48,854 nt of DNA, from positions 1 to 48,854 of IMG/VR virus record IMGVR_UViG_3300049828_000271; one strand, 5' to 3'. This DNA is from a virus. Taxonomy: Duplodnaviria > Caudoviricetes. Of the stretch, positions 27,522-36,348 are shown piece by piece (within the stretch, counting starts at the first letter, position 1; each line of letters begins with the position of its first letter). The translations under genes were made by a program, and so were the position numbers. The notes under the pieces are model-generated. The model had not been told where the DNA came from. It worked only from the letters and a program-made list of their open reading frames with translations, and ran no database searches.

Positions 27522-29788
27522 CCGCCAGTAAATATGGGATGCATCATATCTCTCAAGGCTGTTCTTATTAGAGATGGGTCTTTCGTTATGCTCGTTGCGG
27601 GTGTAAGTGGTCTATTAGCCATGGTGGTATTCTGTTGATTGTTGTTGACCACGACTGGCGCAACTGTAGTCACCTGAGATGCACCGCCACCATAGGTACT
27701 TGCAGTCTGTACTATTCTTGAATCCTGATCCATTTCCAAAGCTGCTGTCCGAGAAACTGGTGTCAATCCATTATGGCTATCAGGGGCTAAACCTGCTCTG
27801 AGGTCACTAATAACCACTGGTGCGCGACTCTTTACCTGATCATGCCATGCAGATGATTCAAGAGAACGTGCTGCCATTTCTATATCAGGAACAGGTTGAC
27901 TCATTGCCTTAATAAACTTCTTCCATTCACCTTTCCTCTTACCACCCACCATCTTACCCTTCCACCACTCCGGTCCCATGTTAAATGTTAGATTGATGAG
28001 CGCACGTTTGCCATTCCTGTTAAGCTTATCGAAACCGGGAATTTGACTAGCTGCTTCACGATGAATTTTATAGTCTTCTTCAAATAGAGCATCAGCCTCT
28101 TCTTTCGTAATACCGTTCTTGTACTCTTCTGGAACAGATTTACCGAGAAAATGCCCATAACCAATAGTCCAGTTACGCTCTTTTGCAGTATCTCTATAGG
28201 CTTCAAGTCTCAAACCCTCATGCTCTTTGATTTGATTTTTAATATCATCCTCTCCACTAGAAGTAGGTTTCTTGTGTGCTAATCTTCCTGTGGACCTTCT
28301 TCCAACTCTTTTTGTTGTTATTGTTTGAGGTTGTTGCTGTTGATAGTTTTCATCCCAAGTATCACTATCAAACATAATCTCTTCAGGCATGGTTTCAACT
28401 TCTGTTGGAGCCACTGGTTTAGACATTGGTTTGCCTACGGCTCTTTCCAACTTCTGATCAATAAACGTGTCTCGTACTCTGGCTGCGGCAGAGCGTTCTT
28501 TTTCTGTAGATTTAGGATTGTTTGCTCTAGCATCATATATCGCAATAGATTCATCTATTGATGGACCTTTTGCGCTTGCTATACCACCGCGAGTTCTACC
28601 GGCAGCGGCATTCTTTGCTTCACGATCTTTCCATTTCTTCGTATTGCCTGTCTTGTCATTATACCAATCCGCACCTTGCTTACCGAAATACCCCATGAGT
28701 GCTATTGGATTGTTGCCGGGATTGTTAATATCAGCTTCTTCAGCCCACTTGGTAAATTTGTACATGAATGCCATTGGTAACAGACCCAATAAGAAAGGAA
28801 GTAAATTACTGCCTATGGCTGCGGCTATAGCCGCAGCCGCACCCACACCCAGACCACCGGCTGCACCCGCCGCAGCCGCATCTAATAGTGATCCACTACC
28901 ACCAACACCATCCTCCAACATTTCTTCAATCTTATTGAGTCTCTTGTCAATCTTGGTGAAGAAAGCTAGAATAGGATCATTCTTGACGCGAGGATCAGAT
29001 TCTTTTGGGTCTTTGTATACATGTTTCTTTTTAAGTTCTGCTTTTTCGCGATCCTTCTTCTCAATCTTAAGAGTAAGAATAGCAGTTTGAATTGCTGCCT
29101 GCCTGATGGCAGATTCCATAAACCCCCTTTCAATGGGTGTGGATGTTGGTCCACCGTGTACAGTTAATCCCTTTCTCCAACCTTTAGGGGTTACACTCTT
29201 GGATTTTAAGAATTGTGATTCAGCCGGTGCGAGTGGATTGTAATGAGCTAATTGAATCTTACCACTCTGTTTACTATTTTCTCTACCCCATTCATCGGTG
29301 AATGCTTGCCCACGCGCCATGATCTTCTTGGGCATGATCAGGGATTTGATATCCTTTACATTATCAGCCAAGTCGTCAACAGTATTACTGAGGTCATCGA
29401 CAGCACTACGGGTATACGCGGCATCAATCCTTATTGCTCGTAATGCTCCTAGAGTAATTGCTGCAATCTTACGATCAGCCCCACGATCAGCCCCACGATT
29501 TGTTGGTGGACGTTCTTGTATTTCTCTAACAGGCTTTTGTTTATCTGGATTCTTTAAAAACAAAGCATCCCAGATGGAAGCTGCCTTATTTGAATTCATT
29601 AAACGCAATAGTCTGGCAACACCAGTCGTGTTATCCGTAAATGGGCTTTGAGTCTTGGCATTCCAAGATGCTCTCATGTATGCTTTAGTTTTAGCTCGTA
29701 CACCCTTGGCATGAACTACAGCCTGTAGAACATTACCTGATGTTTCCCATCTATATTGTTGTTGTGCAGCGTTTGGTTGGTTTGCCAT
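27518..29788 (-). CDS. Tape-measure-like/hub protein with a GH24 phage-lysozyme domain
   Basis: Helical Ala/Gly-rich N-half with a hydrophobic segment, then IKEHEGLRLEAYRDT....WTIGYGH...ALINLTFNMG...S.W..QV..RA; follows gp51. Confidence 0.7.
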   Translation of the reverse strand: MANQPNAAQQQYRWETSGNVLQAVVHAKGVRAKTKAYMRASWNAKTQSPFTDNTTGVARLLRLMNSNKAASIWDALFLKNPDKQKPVREIQERPPTNRGADRGADRKIAAITLGALRAIRIDAAYTRSAVDDLSNTVDDLADNVKDIKSLIMPKKIMARGQAFTDEWGRENSKQSGKIQLAHYNPLAPAESQFLKSKSVTPKGWRKGLTVHGGPTSTPIERGFMESAIRQAAIQTAILTLKIEKKDREKAELKKKHVYKDPKESDPRVKNDPILAFFTKIDKRLNKIEEMLEDGVGGSGSLLDAAAAGAAGGLGVGAAAAIAAAIGSNLLPFLLGLLPMAFMYKFTKWAEEADINNPGNNPIALMGYFGKQGADWYNDKTGNTKKWKDREAKNAAAGRTRGGIASAKGPSIDESIAIYDARANNPKSTEKERSAAARVRDTFIDQKLERAVGKPMSKPVAPTEVETMPEEIMFDSDTWDENYQQQQPQTITTKRVGRRSTGRLAHKKPTSSGEDDIKNQIKEHEGLRLEAYRDTAKERNWTIGYGHFLGKSVPEEYKNGITKEEADALFEEDYKIHREAASQIPGFDKLNRNGKRALINLTFNMGPEWWKGKMVGGKRKGEWKKFIKAMSQPVPDIEMAARSLESSAWHDQVKSRAPVVISDLRAGLAPDSHNGLTPVSRTAALEMDQDSRIVQTASTYGGGASQVTTVAPVVVNNNQQNTTMANRPLTPATSITKDPSLIRTALRDMMHPIFTGG

Positions 29789-29947
29789 TTACTTCTGTGC
29801 CTGTTCTCTTAGTTTAATACGTTCTCGCTCTTCTTTCAAGAATATGTGTGTGAGTGAAACGTGTATCTGTCTCTCCCATGCCACCATATTCTCAATAGCC
29901 TCATATCCCCACTTATGATGCTGCACCATTGCCCACGTAGTGCGCAT
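29789..29947 (-). CDS. gp51: Baseplate hub assembly protein gp51 (frame open to 29989; probably also made as a -1 frameshift extension of gp26)
   Basis: Not in the track. Reads (YDSLDNF)MRTTWAMVQHHKWGYEAIENMVAWERQIHVSL...LKEERER, matching the M.HHK.....IENM..WER pattern. Confidence 0.8.
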   Translation of the reverse strand: MRTTWAMVQHHKWGYEAIENMVAWERQIHVSLTHIFLKEERERIKLREQAQK

Positions 29948-29976
29948 GAAGTTGTCAAGGCTATCGTAGCCTGTAA

Positions 29977-30693
29977 TTATATAAAAAAACTTAGCAGCCC
30001 CTCCGTGTGCAGGGTATGTTCAAAACCACATTTCTTACACTTCACATGATCCACCAGTACCACTTTTGGTGAAGTGCGGAAGAATCCTTTAATCTTTTCT
30101 AATGTTTCCACTGTCAGACTATCAATAAACTCCATCAACTCTGTCGGCTGTAAGTCAGTTGGTTTAGTAACAGATTCACCGTCAAAAACATATTCAATGT
30201 TGTCCACAATAAAATTGATTGCCACATCCAAATCATCTTCAGATGCACCAAATTCTGAGGTCAGTGTAGGATACTTAAGTCTGATCCCCATTGTACTATT
30301 AATCATAACTGTGTTGTTATGCCCTTCAGGTATTTCGAACTCTACCTTGTTTAAATCCATCACATAATCGGTATCAGTATTACACACAACATCATCAACT
30401 TCATTCTGGCAGTTGAACACAAGCTTCACAGATTCACCCACGGATCGTGCGCGAATCTTGAGGAAAATCATTTCAATGTCGAAGAGTGGGAGTTTATCGA
30501 CCTCTAGGGGTTCACATGCGCAATTCTGTATGATTTGCATGATGGCTGCTTTAATTTCGTCAGGGTCTTTCGACTCCTTGGCAATCAAAAGAATTTTCTC
30601 TTCCTTCACTAAGAAAGGACGAAACTTAACTTTACGTCCCAACGAATGAACATCAATCAAACTAATAGGGTATTCAATTTTAGGTAATGACAT
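29977..30693 (-). CDS. gp26: Baseplate hub subunit gp26
   Basis: MSLPKI, FRPFLVKEEKILLIA, FDIE.IFLKIRARSVGE and CKKCG...EGLLSFF; GAGGA ribosome-binding site. Confidence 0.9.
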   Translation of the reverse strand: MSLPKIEYPISLIDVHSLGRKVKFRPFLVKEEKILLIAKESKDPDEIKAAIMQIIQNCACEPLEVDKLPLFDIEMIFLKIRARSVGESVKLVFNCQNEVDDVVCNTDTDYVMDLNKVEFEIPEGHNNTVMINSTMGIRLKYPTLTSEFGASEDDLDVAINFIVDNIEYVFDGESVTKPTDLQPTELMEFIDSLTVETLEKIKGFFRTSPKVVLVDHVKCKKCGFEHTLHTEGLLSFFI

Positions 30694-30710
30694 ATCAATC
30701 CTCAATTACA

Positions 30711-31394
30711 TTATTTGGTTTTAAACGCATCGAATACTTGTTGAATAAGGTTCTTTTCCTTACTCCAAGTTCTGTAATGGAACACAACATTCAACCTTTG
30801 AATTTGGTCATCACCCCAACTTACAGTTTGTGGTTGCACTGCTACAGGGAAACACTCTTCGAAAGTAAATCGTGCTGATGGTATACCAGTATCATGAAAC
30901 GCAATCACTTGAATGGTTCCGATATAGTTATCGCGGTACTCAGCCGTGGCTGCCGGTCTTGCTGATCCACTCGCGTTAACAAACGATTCAATTGTAGAAC
31001 GATGACTGCCTTTAGGTAGAATCATTTCCATCCAATCATCGAAGAACTTGCGTTCCCATAGATCACCCGCACAAATGAATGTCAATTGAAGAGGTTCATA
31101 CACTGGTGTTGCTGCAATAGTAAACGGTGAACCAAATACCTTTTGCTCTATTGTATTAATCTGATATCCCGGCAACTGTGCTGTTTCACATTGAAATGTG
31201 AGAGATGCTGTATTGATCCCTTTACCCCAAAGATCAGATGCGCCATTCAAAATAGAATTCTTACCACCTATTAACCCACCTAACAACCCACCAGACTGTA
31301 GTGATGCGGGTTGATAGATGAGAGCCGCAAACTTTGCTGCCTTGGAAAAGTCTGCATGAACTGCGTAGTTGGCTAGAAATGCGTCTGGAAACAT
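30711..31394 (-). CDS. Tail-tube family protein (gp54/gp19-like)
   Basis: L.FQCETAQLPG, LTFIC..D..ERKFFDDWM, Y..NY...I and F.ECFP......SW......LNVVF.Y..W. Confidence 0.75.
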   Translation of the reverse strand: MFPDAFLANYAVHADFSKAAKFAALIYQPASLQSGGLLGGLIGGKNSILNGASDLWGKGINTASLTFQCETAQLPGYQINTIEQKVFGSPFTIAATPVYEPLQLTFICAGDLWERKFFDDWMEMILPKGSHRSTIESFVNASGSARPAATAEYRDNYIGTIQVIAFHDTGIPSARFTFEECFPVAVQPQTVSWGDDQIQRLNVVFHYRTWSKEKNLIQQVFDAFKTK

Positions 31395-31403
31395 GGGTGT
31401 GCC

Positions 31404-31952
31404 TTAATTGTGGTGGAAGCGTTCGAACGGCAGGAGAACAGCGAGTTCCCATTGGTCAGGCTCTATGTAAATCGGTGGAGACTCCATATACTCTAATAGA
31501 TATCTCTTAATGCATGGCTTCATCATGTCATATTTCTTGATACCATTCAACACGGAATAAGACAATTTGAAGCGTGTACTATCGTCGTATTTAGTGTTAG
31601 TGATGAAATCGTGTAACAGGGCTAACAGGGCTAGCCGATTGCCGGGGTCTAGGTAATGGAGATTTAATCCCAGAAAACCATCCCCGTATAGCTCCATGGG
31701 CAGCACAATAGGGAACTGGTCCCAGACTGGCAGGGTATCCTCGTACTTGGGAATGTAATGAAATGCGTACATGCGACCAATCAAGGCATGGGCTGTAGCC
31801 TGCCGTGGATTGTGAAGGATGTTGGAACGATTAGCAGGAATACGTAGACGATTGATAACTTGTCCATACCATTGCCGCGCAGCCTGAGTGCGGGGTTTGA
31901 TACCCGCAGTTGTCATGGCTCGTCTTAATGATTCCCAAACGTTAGTCGTCAT
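31404..31952 (-). CDS. gp2: DNA end protector gp2
   Basis: GRMY.F.Y.PK..DTLP.WD.FP, GFLGLNLHYL, PCIKRYL and W..AV.LP.E.F motifs. Confidence 0.9.
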   Translation of the reverse strand: MTTNVWESLRRAMTTAGIKPRTQAARQWYGQVINRLRIPANRSNILHNPRQATAHALIGRMYAFHYIPKYEDTLPVWDQFPIVLPMELYGDGFLGLNLHYLDPGNRLALLALLHDFITNTKYDDSTRFKLSYSVLNGIKKYDMMKPCIKRYLLEYMESPPIYIEPDQWELAVLLPFERFHHN

Positions 31953-31969
31953 TGTGAAGTTGATTCCTG

Positions 31970-32002
31970 TGTCTAAATACTGTCAACTTCCTTATTTAGA
32001 CA
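31970..32002. promoter_or_regulatory. Face-to-face pair of putative late promoters for the divergent gp2 and gp4 genes
   Basis: TGTCTAAATA (31970-31979, plus strand) and its exact inverse TATTTAGACA (31993-32002). Confidence 0.7.
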
Positions 32003-32011
32003 GAAATTCAG

Positions 32012-32464
32012 ATGCCATACAAGGGTAAGTTTCGCCCCTCCAACCCATCCAAATACGATGGAAACCCCACTGAAATCATTTACCGGTCTGGATTAGAATT
32101 AAGATTTATGTCCTATCTGGACACAAATACCGGTGTCATTAAGTGGCAATCCGAAGAATTCTGTATTCCTTACAAGGATGCAAGCCGTAATGGAACGTGG
32201 CACAGGTACTTTCCCGATTTCCTTGTTGTGGTGAAACACGGCACAGGTACACTAACACAGTTGATTGAGGTTAAGCCTGCCAAGCAATGCGAACCCCCAA
32301 AAGGTGTCATGCACAAGGATGGTAGAAAGAATCGTAGACTGCTGACTGAACAACTCACATGGGTTCAGAACAATTGCAAATGGGAAGCTGCGAAGGAATA
32401 CTGCGCTGACCGCAATTGGAAGTTCAAGATCGTCACGGATAAGGATATTCTCGGACTCAAATAA
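32012..32464 (+). CDS. gp4: Head completion nuclease gp4
   Basis: YKGKFRPSNP.KY.G.P..IIYRS..E, HRYFPDF, LIEVKP.KQ and N..KWEAA..YC motifs. Confidence 0.92.
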   Translation: MPYKGKFRPSNPSKYDGNPTEIIYRSGLELRFMSYLDTNTGVIKWQSEEFCIPYKDASRNGTWHRYFPDFLVVVKHGTGTLTQLIEVKPAKQCEPPKGVMHKDGRKNRRLLTEQLTWVQNNCKWEAAKEYCADRNWKFKIVTDKDILGLK

Positions 32465-32490
32465 AAAGGGGAGGCATCCCTGCCTCCCCT
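32463..32490 (-). terminator. Intrinsic terminator after gp32, between convergent genes
   Basis: 10-bp stem AGGGGAGGCA/TGCCTCCCCT with a 4-nt loop and a U-tract on the minus strand. Confidence 0.85.
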
Positions 32491-32519
32491 GCCGTGTTCC
32501 CGCTTTCGCAGGTTAGGAC

Positions 32520-33413
32520 TTACTCGTTCGCGAGTTTGTTAAAGTAGTCCAGATCGTCATCGACCGTAACTGCTTCAGCCGTCTTGCGAGGTTCAGCCGC
32601 TCTTGGCTCGTCCCATGGTGCGGTCGCATCATCTAGCTTTTTAGCTGCTGCTGCGGCTGCGCCACCAGCCCCGAGAACGCGATTGAGCTTGTCAGTCAAC
32701 TCATCGTAGCTCTTGAACTGATCCTTGGCAACGAACTGAGTCAGGCTACCGAGGCTCTTCCAGAGTGCTTCGATTTCCTTGTCGTTGTCATAGACAGGTG
32801 ACTGTGCATCGAACTCAGACTTGTCGTAGTTGTTGAAACCATCGACCTTGCGAATCTTGAGCTTGAGGTTAGCACCCTTCCAGAAGTCAAACGGGTTGAC
32901 ACTGGTTTCGTCTTCGAACTGCGGCTTGAGCTTTTCCTGAATCTTGTCGAAGATTTTCTTACCGTAACGCCACACGAACACTTTGCCTTCGTTCTCTGGA
33001 CGATTCTTGTCCGAGATAACTAGAATGTTCGAAAGGTATCCAAGCCGACGCTTCTGATACTTGCTGACGATATCACGCTTCGCTTCGATGCCCGAATTCC
33101 ACAATTCAGAGTTGTGGTCGCAAGCAGGACACTTGCCGCCAATTGTCGTTGGGCAGTTTTCGATGTACCAACCACCATTGGACTTGAATCCGTGATTGAA
33201 CATCTGAACCCATGGTAGCCCGTCTTCACCGTCTACTGCGGGTGCGTCGAGAAGTCGAATGATTGCGTAACCGTTACCGGCTTTGTCGAGTTCTGGTTGC
33301 CAGAACCGTTCATCATCCTTGGCATAAGAGCCTTTAGCCTTATCTTCGATTGCCTTGGTGAGTTTATCGGTGAGTCCCGATGATTTCTTTAGAGATTTAA
33401 AGTCGATTGCCAT
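32520..33413 (-). CDS. gp32: Single-stranded DNA-binding protein gp32
   Basis: DERFWQPELDKAGNGYAIIR, WYIENCPTTIG..CP.C, GKKIFDKI, PFDFWKGAN, NYDKSEF and an acidic tail. Confidence 0.97.
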   Translation of the reverse strand: MAIDFKSLKKSSGLTDKLTKAIEDKAKGSYAKDDERFWQPELDKAGNGYAIIRLLDAPAVDGEDGLPWVQMFNHGFKSNGGWYIENCPTTIGGKCPACDHNSELWNSGIEAKRDIVSKYQKRRLGYLSNILVISDKNRPENEGKVFVWRYGKKIFDKIQEKLKPQFEDETSVNPFDFWKGANLKLKIRKVDGFNNYDKSEFDAQSPVYDNDKEIEALWKSLGSLTQFVAKDQFKSYDELTDKLNRVLGAGGAAAAAAKKLDDATAPWDEPRAAEPRKTAEAVTVDDDLDYFNKLANE

Positions 33414-33478
33414 TTGAGTATTTCCTTAAGGAGTATGAGTTGTATTAAGCTTATCCACATGATTCATAATATACAGGT

Positions 33479-33507
33479 AGTATATAGCATTTTCATGCTG
33501 CGGTCAA
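33479..33507 (-). promoter_or_regulatory. Sigma70-like promoter for gp32
   Basis: TTGACC-17 bp-TATACT. Confidence 0.65.
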
Positions 33508-34110
33508 GTGCTTTCTGACGATTTCTTTTAACTTGGGTACGTCTAATTCCAAGAAAGGTTCATACTTGCGTATCAGCCTTGAAGTCTTTTCGTAAATGTA
33601 GTTAGTCATATACTTCGTGTCCCACAAATCTAGAACACCGGTAATGCCGTGTAGAATCACCATCGTTTCGAATTCAATTTCGTGTTGATTCATCATCGTC
33701 CAGATTAGAGGATAGTTTCCGTTTCCTCCGTTGGGTATTTTGAACATTGAAGCAATGCCAAGATCACGCTTATCAAACTCTTCAACGATCTTACTCATAT
33801 CTTGATCGAAGAGATAAGACAACGATTCCTTTTTCTTACGCCATGCAAGATATCGTTCCTTGGCTTCAGGTTCAATGAAGTAATCCACCCATGCCTTGTC
33901 GTTCAATAAAAAGCCTGCAACAAAGAATCCGACAACCTCATTGTCCTTTAGCTGCCGTGCAAGTTTATGGAACATGTATTTGTCCTTGCGCTTTTCAAAC
34001 CCTTCTGGCTTCGTGGCTACATGTCCATTGTACTTAAAGAAACAATAGGTGTCCGTAGTAAAGTGAAGCTTGATAGCCTGATAGGTGCAGAATACTTCGT
34101 AGCCGTTCAT
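33493..34110 (-). CDS. gp59: Helicase loader gp59
   Basis: Start MNGYEVFCTYQAIKLHFT...Y.FFKYNG, F.KRKDKY.F.KL and KY.PFL; adjacent to gp32. Confidence 0.88.
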   Translation of the reverse strand: MNGYEVFCTYQAIKLHFTTDTYCFFKYNGHVATKPEGFEKRKDKYMFHKLARQLKDNEVVGFFVAGFLLNDKAWVDYFIEPEAKERYLAWRKKKESLSYLFDQDMSKIVEEFDKRDLGIASMFKIPNGGNGNYPLIWTMMNQHEIEFETMVILHGITGVLDLWDTKYMTNYIYEKTSRLIRKYEPFLELDVPKLKEIVRKHLTAA

Positions 34111-34111
34111 G

Positions 34112-34393
34112 TTAGCGTCCGTGATACTGCCACAGATACGCATTACAGAGTGAATGCACCGCACCCTCTGTCAGTCCCGTGTCGTGGTCGTGTTGTAGAT
34201 GAACAGGATGATTCATGAAACCGGGCGGGAACAATCCCCAATTGATAGGCTTCATTGAAATGTCAGCCCTAGGTGGTCTGTCTAGGTTCTCACCACAGTA
34301 CCAACACTTGTCATCCTGTATTCTGACGTACTCTTCACGCACAAGCCTTTTCTGCTTGGGTGTCAGGTCGTCATAGTTCCGTGGAAGTTTCAT
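34112..34393 (-). CDS. Small His-Me finger, endonuclease VII-like protein
   Basis: QDDKCWYCG...VHLQHDHDTGLTEGAVHSLCN; start uncertain (34393 or 34414). Confidence 0.65.
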   Translation of the reverse strand: MKLPRNYDDLTPKQKRLVREEYVRIQDDKCWYCGENLDRPPRADISMKPINWGLFPPGFMNHPVHLQHDHDTGLTEGAVHSLCNAYLWQYHGR

Positions 34394-34760
34394 CTGGTTC
34401 CAATGTATAGCCATGAGTCTCTAGAGAGCCGACGCATGAGAGAAACTTACATCGTTCACTAGCAATATCAAACATCACGTAGTAATAGTCGTCGTCGCCG
34501 TGCATGACACCGACGAAAATGTGATAGGTTCCCCATGGGTCGTTGTAAGCGAACTTCTTACCAATCAGGTGTTCGTTTGCCTTGACGATTGCTCGCCAGT
34601 TACCCTTGCAGATACAATCTTTATCTGTCGTGTCGGTGTATGTGAGAATGCCCTCACGTTCTGTCTTCGCACGCGCAAGGCACGTAGGGCATTGAACGTC
34701 ACTGACCGAACCACCACAATCGGGACAACCATAATATCCCCAAAATGTAACTTGCATCAT
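34371..34760 (-). CDS. Hypothetical protein with an N-terminal CxxC/CxxC zinc ribbon
   Basis: CPDCG...CPTC; ATGA overlap with the upstream ORF. Confidence 0.6.
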   Translation of the reverse strand: MMQVTFWGYYGCPDCGGSVSDVQCPTCLARAKTEREGILTYTDTTDKDCICKGNWRAIVKANEHLIGKKFAYNDPWGTYHIFVGVMHGDDDYYYVMFDIASERCKFLSCVGSLETHGYTLEPDETSTEL

Positions 34761-35008
34761 ACCATGGCTGCCATTTGTGCGTCTACGGGACAACCGCATT
34801 CGTTAAAGTCAGGATGCCCACACAGAGGACACTTCATTCGCATATTGGGATTGAATCCAATCAGCAACGGTGGCGCATTCGGATCGTCACCAATCTCCTG
34901 TTGAATACGTGCCATCAGTTGTCCATCCACGCCCTTACCCGGCACTACACCGAACTGGTTGAATAGTACCAGAACTTCACTTAGTAGTTTCGTCTTGTTG
35001 TCGCTCAT
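34757..35008 (-). CDS. Hypothetical protein, Cys-rich C-terminus
   Basis: ORF track; CPLCG...CGC; coupled to its neighbours. Confidence 0.55.
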   Translation of the reverse strand: MSDNKTKLLSEVLVLFNQFGVVPGKGVDGQLMARIQQEIGDDPNAPPLLIGFNPNMRMKCPLCGHPDFNECGCPVDAQMAAMV

Positions 35009-35168
35009 TCGATTTACTCTTAGGGAAAACTGTGAATAGGGATGGAATTATGAGTATCCATAGTGATGCGTTTAGATGTACAACCATGTACATGAACGCA
35101 GTCCAAAGGAATATGTTCCATGTAAATGCCAGTAACACCATCAGCACTGTGGCTGTATTATCGTTCAT
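34977..35168 (-). CDS. Small membrane protein
   Basis: Two hydrophobic segments. Confidence 0.55.
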   Translation of the reverse strand: MNDNTATVLMVLLAFTWNIFLWTAFMYMVVHLNASLWILIIPSLFTVFPKSKSNERQQDETTK

Positions 35169-35328
35169 TGTGTACTTTCCTTTTTGCCCATAGGTATGTC
35201 TGTACGAATCCTGTGTAATGAATCAATCCGCGAGCCGTACTCCACTTGCGTTTACACGCTAGAATGTGACGGCGATAGGTGCGCATGATGTGCGCAGAAT
35301 CAGGATGTGGATGTGAATAGTCAACCAT
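35158..35328 (-). CDS. Hypothetical 56-aa protein
   Basis: MVDYSHPHPDSAHIMRTYRRH...; fills the gap and overlaps both neighbours. Confidence 0.45.
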   Translation of the reverse strand: MVDYSHPHPDSAHIMRTYRRHILACKRKWSTARGLIHYTGFVQTYLWAKRKVHNER

Positions 35329-35662
35329 TAGTAATTCTCTTAACTGCCATTCTCACAAGATGTTCAACAGGTTCATTTCCAGTCCCGACAATGGGATCAA
35401 GTTGTGCGACAACATACTTGACTTGTTCGCGCAGTCTATTGCGCTCGGCTTTTACCTCCGCGAGCCGCGCCCCCGCTTCCCGCTGAAGCTCCACGATGAA
35501 TTGATCTTTCTCCGCGAGCCGCGCCTCTACCGCCGACCACTTGTTGCAGGCGTCCTTGCAGTTTTCTTTCCACGCCGCAAGCTCGGCGGCGAGGGCGTCA
35601 CGTTGCATCAAAAGTTCTACCGCTCGTTCGTGGCTAGTTTTGGTCATGGCTTCACCGCTCAT
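35321..35662 (-). CDS. Hypothetical coiled-coil protein
   Basis: Heptad-like sequence with ARLAE twice. Confidence 0.55.
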   Translation of the reverse strand: MSGEAMTKTSHERAVELLMQRDALAAELAAWKENCKDACNKWSAVEARLAEKDQFIVELQREAGARLAEVKAERNRLREQVKYVVAQLDPIVGTGNEPVEHLVRMAVKRITNG

Positions 35663-35834
35663 CTTCCACCACAGCAGTCAACACACAATGCTGACTGCGC
35701 GGAAGGTCTTTCTCACACTGTTCGATTTGTTCCTTCGCTTGTTTGAGTAGGGACGATGGTGTATTCAGTAGAAACACGATCAGTACCAATCCACAAATGA
35801 TGCCAAAGAAGAATGCAGGAATAGCGTCACTCAT
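35652..35834 (-). CDS. Small membrane-anchored protein
   Basis: N-terminal hydrophobic helix followed by CEKDLPRSQHCVL. Confidence 0.55.
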   Translation of the reverse strand: MSDAIPAFFFGIICGLVLIVFLLNTPSSLLKQAKEQIEQCEKDLPRSQHCVLTAVVEDER

Positions 35835-36130
35835 ACCACACCCAATGTCTCGGGGATTTCCTTTACCAGTTTTTCAGAATCGTATTCGGTAGTGTCGTGA
35901 ATCTCTTGCATTTCAGGTTCCAACGGCTTAAAGCGAGTTAGATCAGCCATCATGGTAGCATCGGATTGAATGATAGGTAAACATCTACGTAGCAGTCCTT
36001 CCAAATGATCCGCATACTTTTCCAAGGCTTCATGATATTCGCAGAAATTATCAAGACTGAAATGAGCGGTGAATGTACTCTTTCCATTGGCTGACTTCGG
36101 GCAGAAGTCAATTGATTTAGGTCTTTTCAT
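35831..36130 (-). CDS. Hypothetical protein
   Basis: ORF track; ATGA overlaps at both ends. Confidence 0.6.
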   Translation of the reverse strand: MKRPKSIDFCPKSANGKSTFTAHFSLDNFCEYHEALEKYADHLEGLLRRCLPIIQSDATMMADLTRFKPLEPEMQEIHDTTEYDSEKLVKEIPETLGVV

Positions 36131-36348
36131 ATCGGCAGCTTACCACTTTTCTCAAGATAGTTTAAATCAGCAAACGCTACTTCCAAATGCGATTTCAATA
36201 GATCGTTCACTAGCGTTGCTGCCACTTCCATTTCCAATCCAACCTCTTCACAGTACGTCACCATTGCGTCGAGACAATCGGTATTGTACTCATGCATTCG
36301 CGTCAGTATCTTCTCTGAGAAGTCGTTCTTTTCTTCGCGTGTGGGCAT
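36127..36348 (-). CDS. gp33: Late transcription coactivator gp33
   Basis: Start MPTREEKNDFS, then DAMV.YCEE...E.E..A.LV...LK..LE.....LNYL.K..KLPI. Confidence 0.85.
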   Translation of the reverse strand: MPTREEKNDFSEKILTRMHEYNTDCLDAMVTYCEEVGLEMEVAATLVNDLLKSHLEVAFADLNYLEKSGKLPI

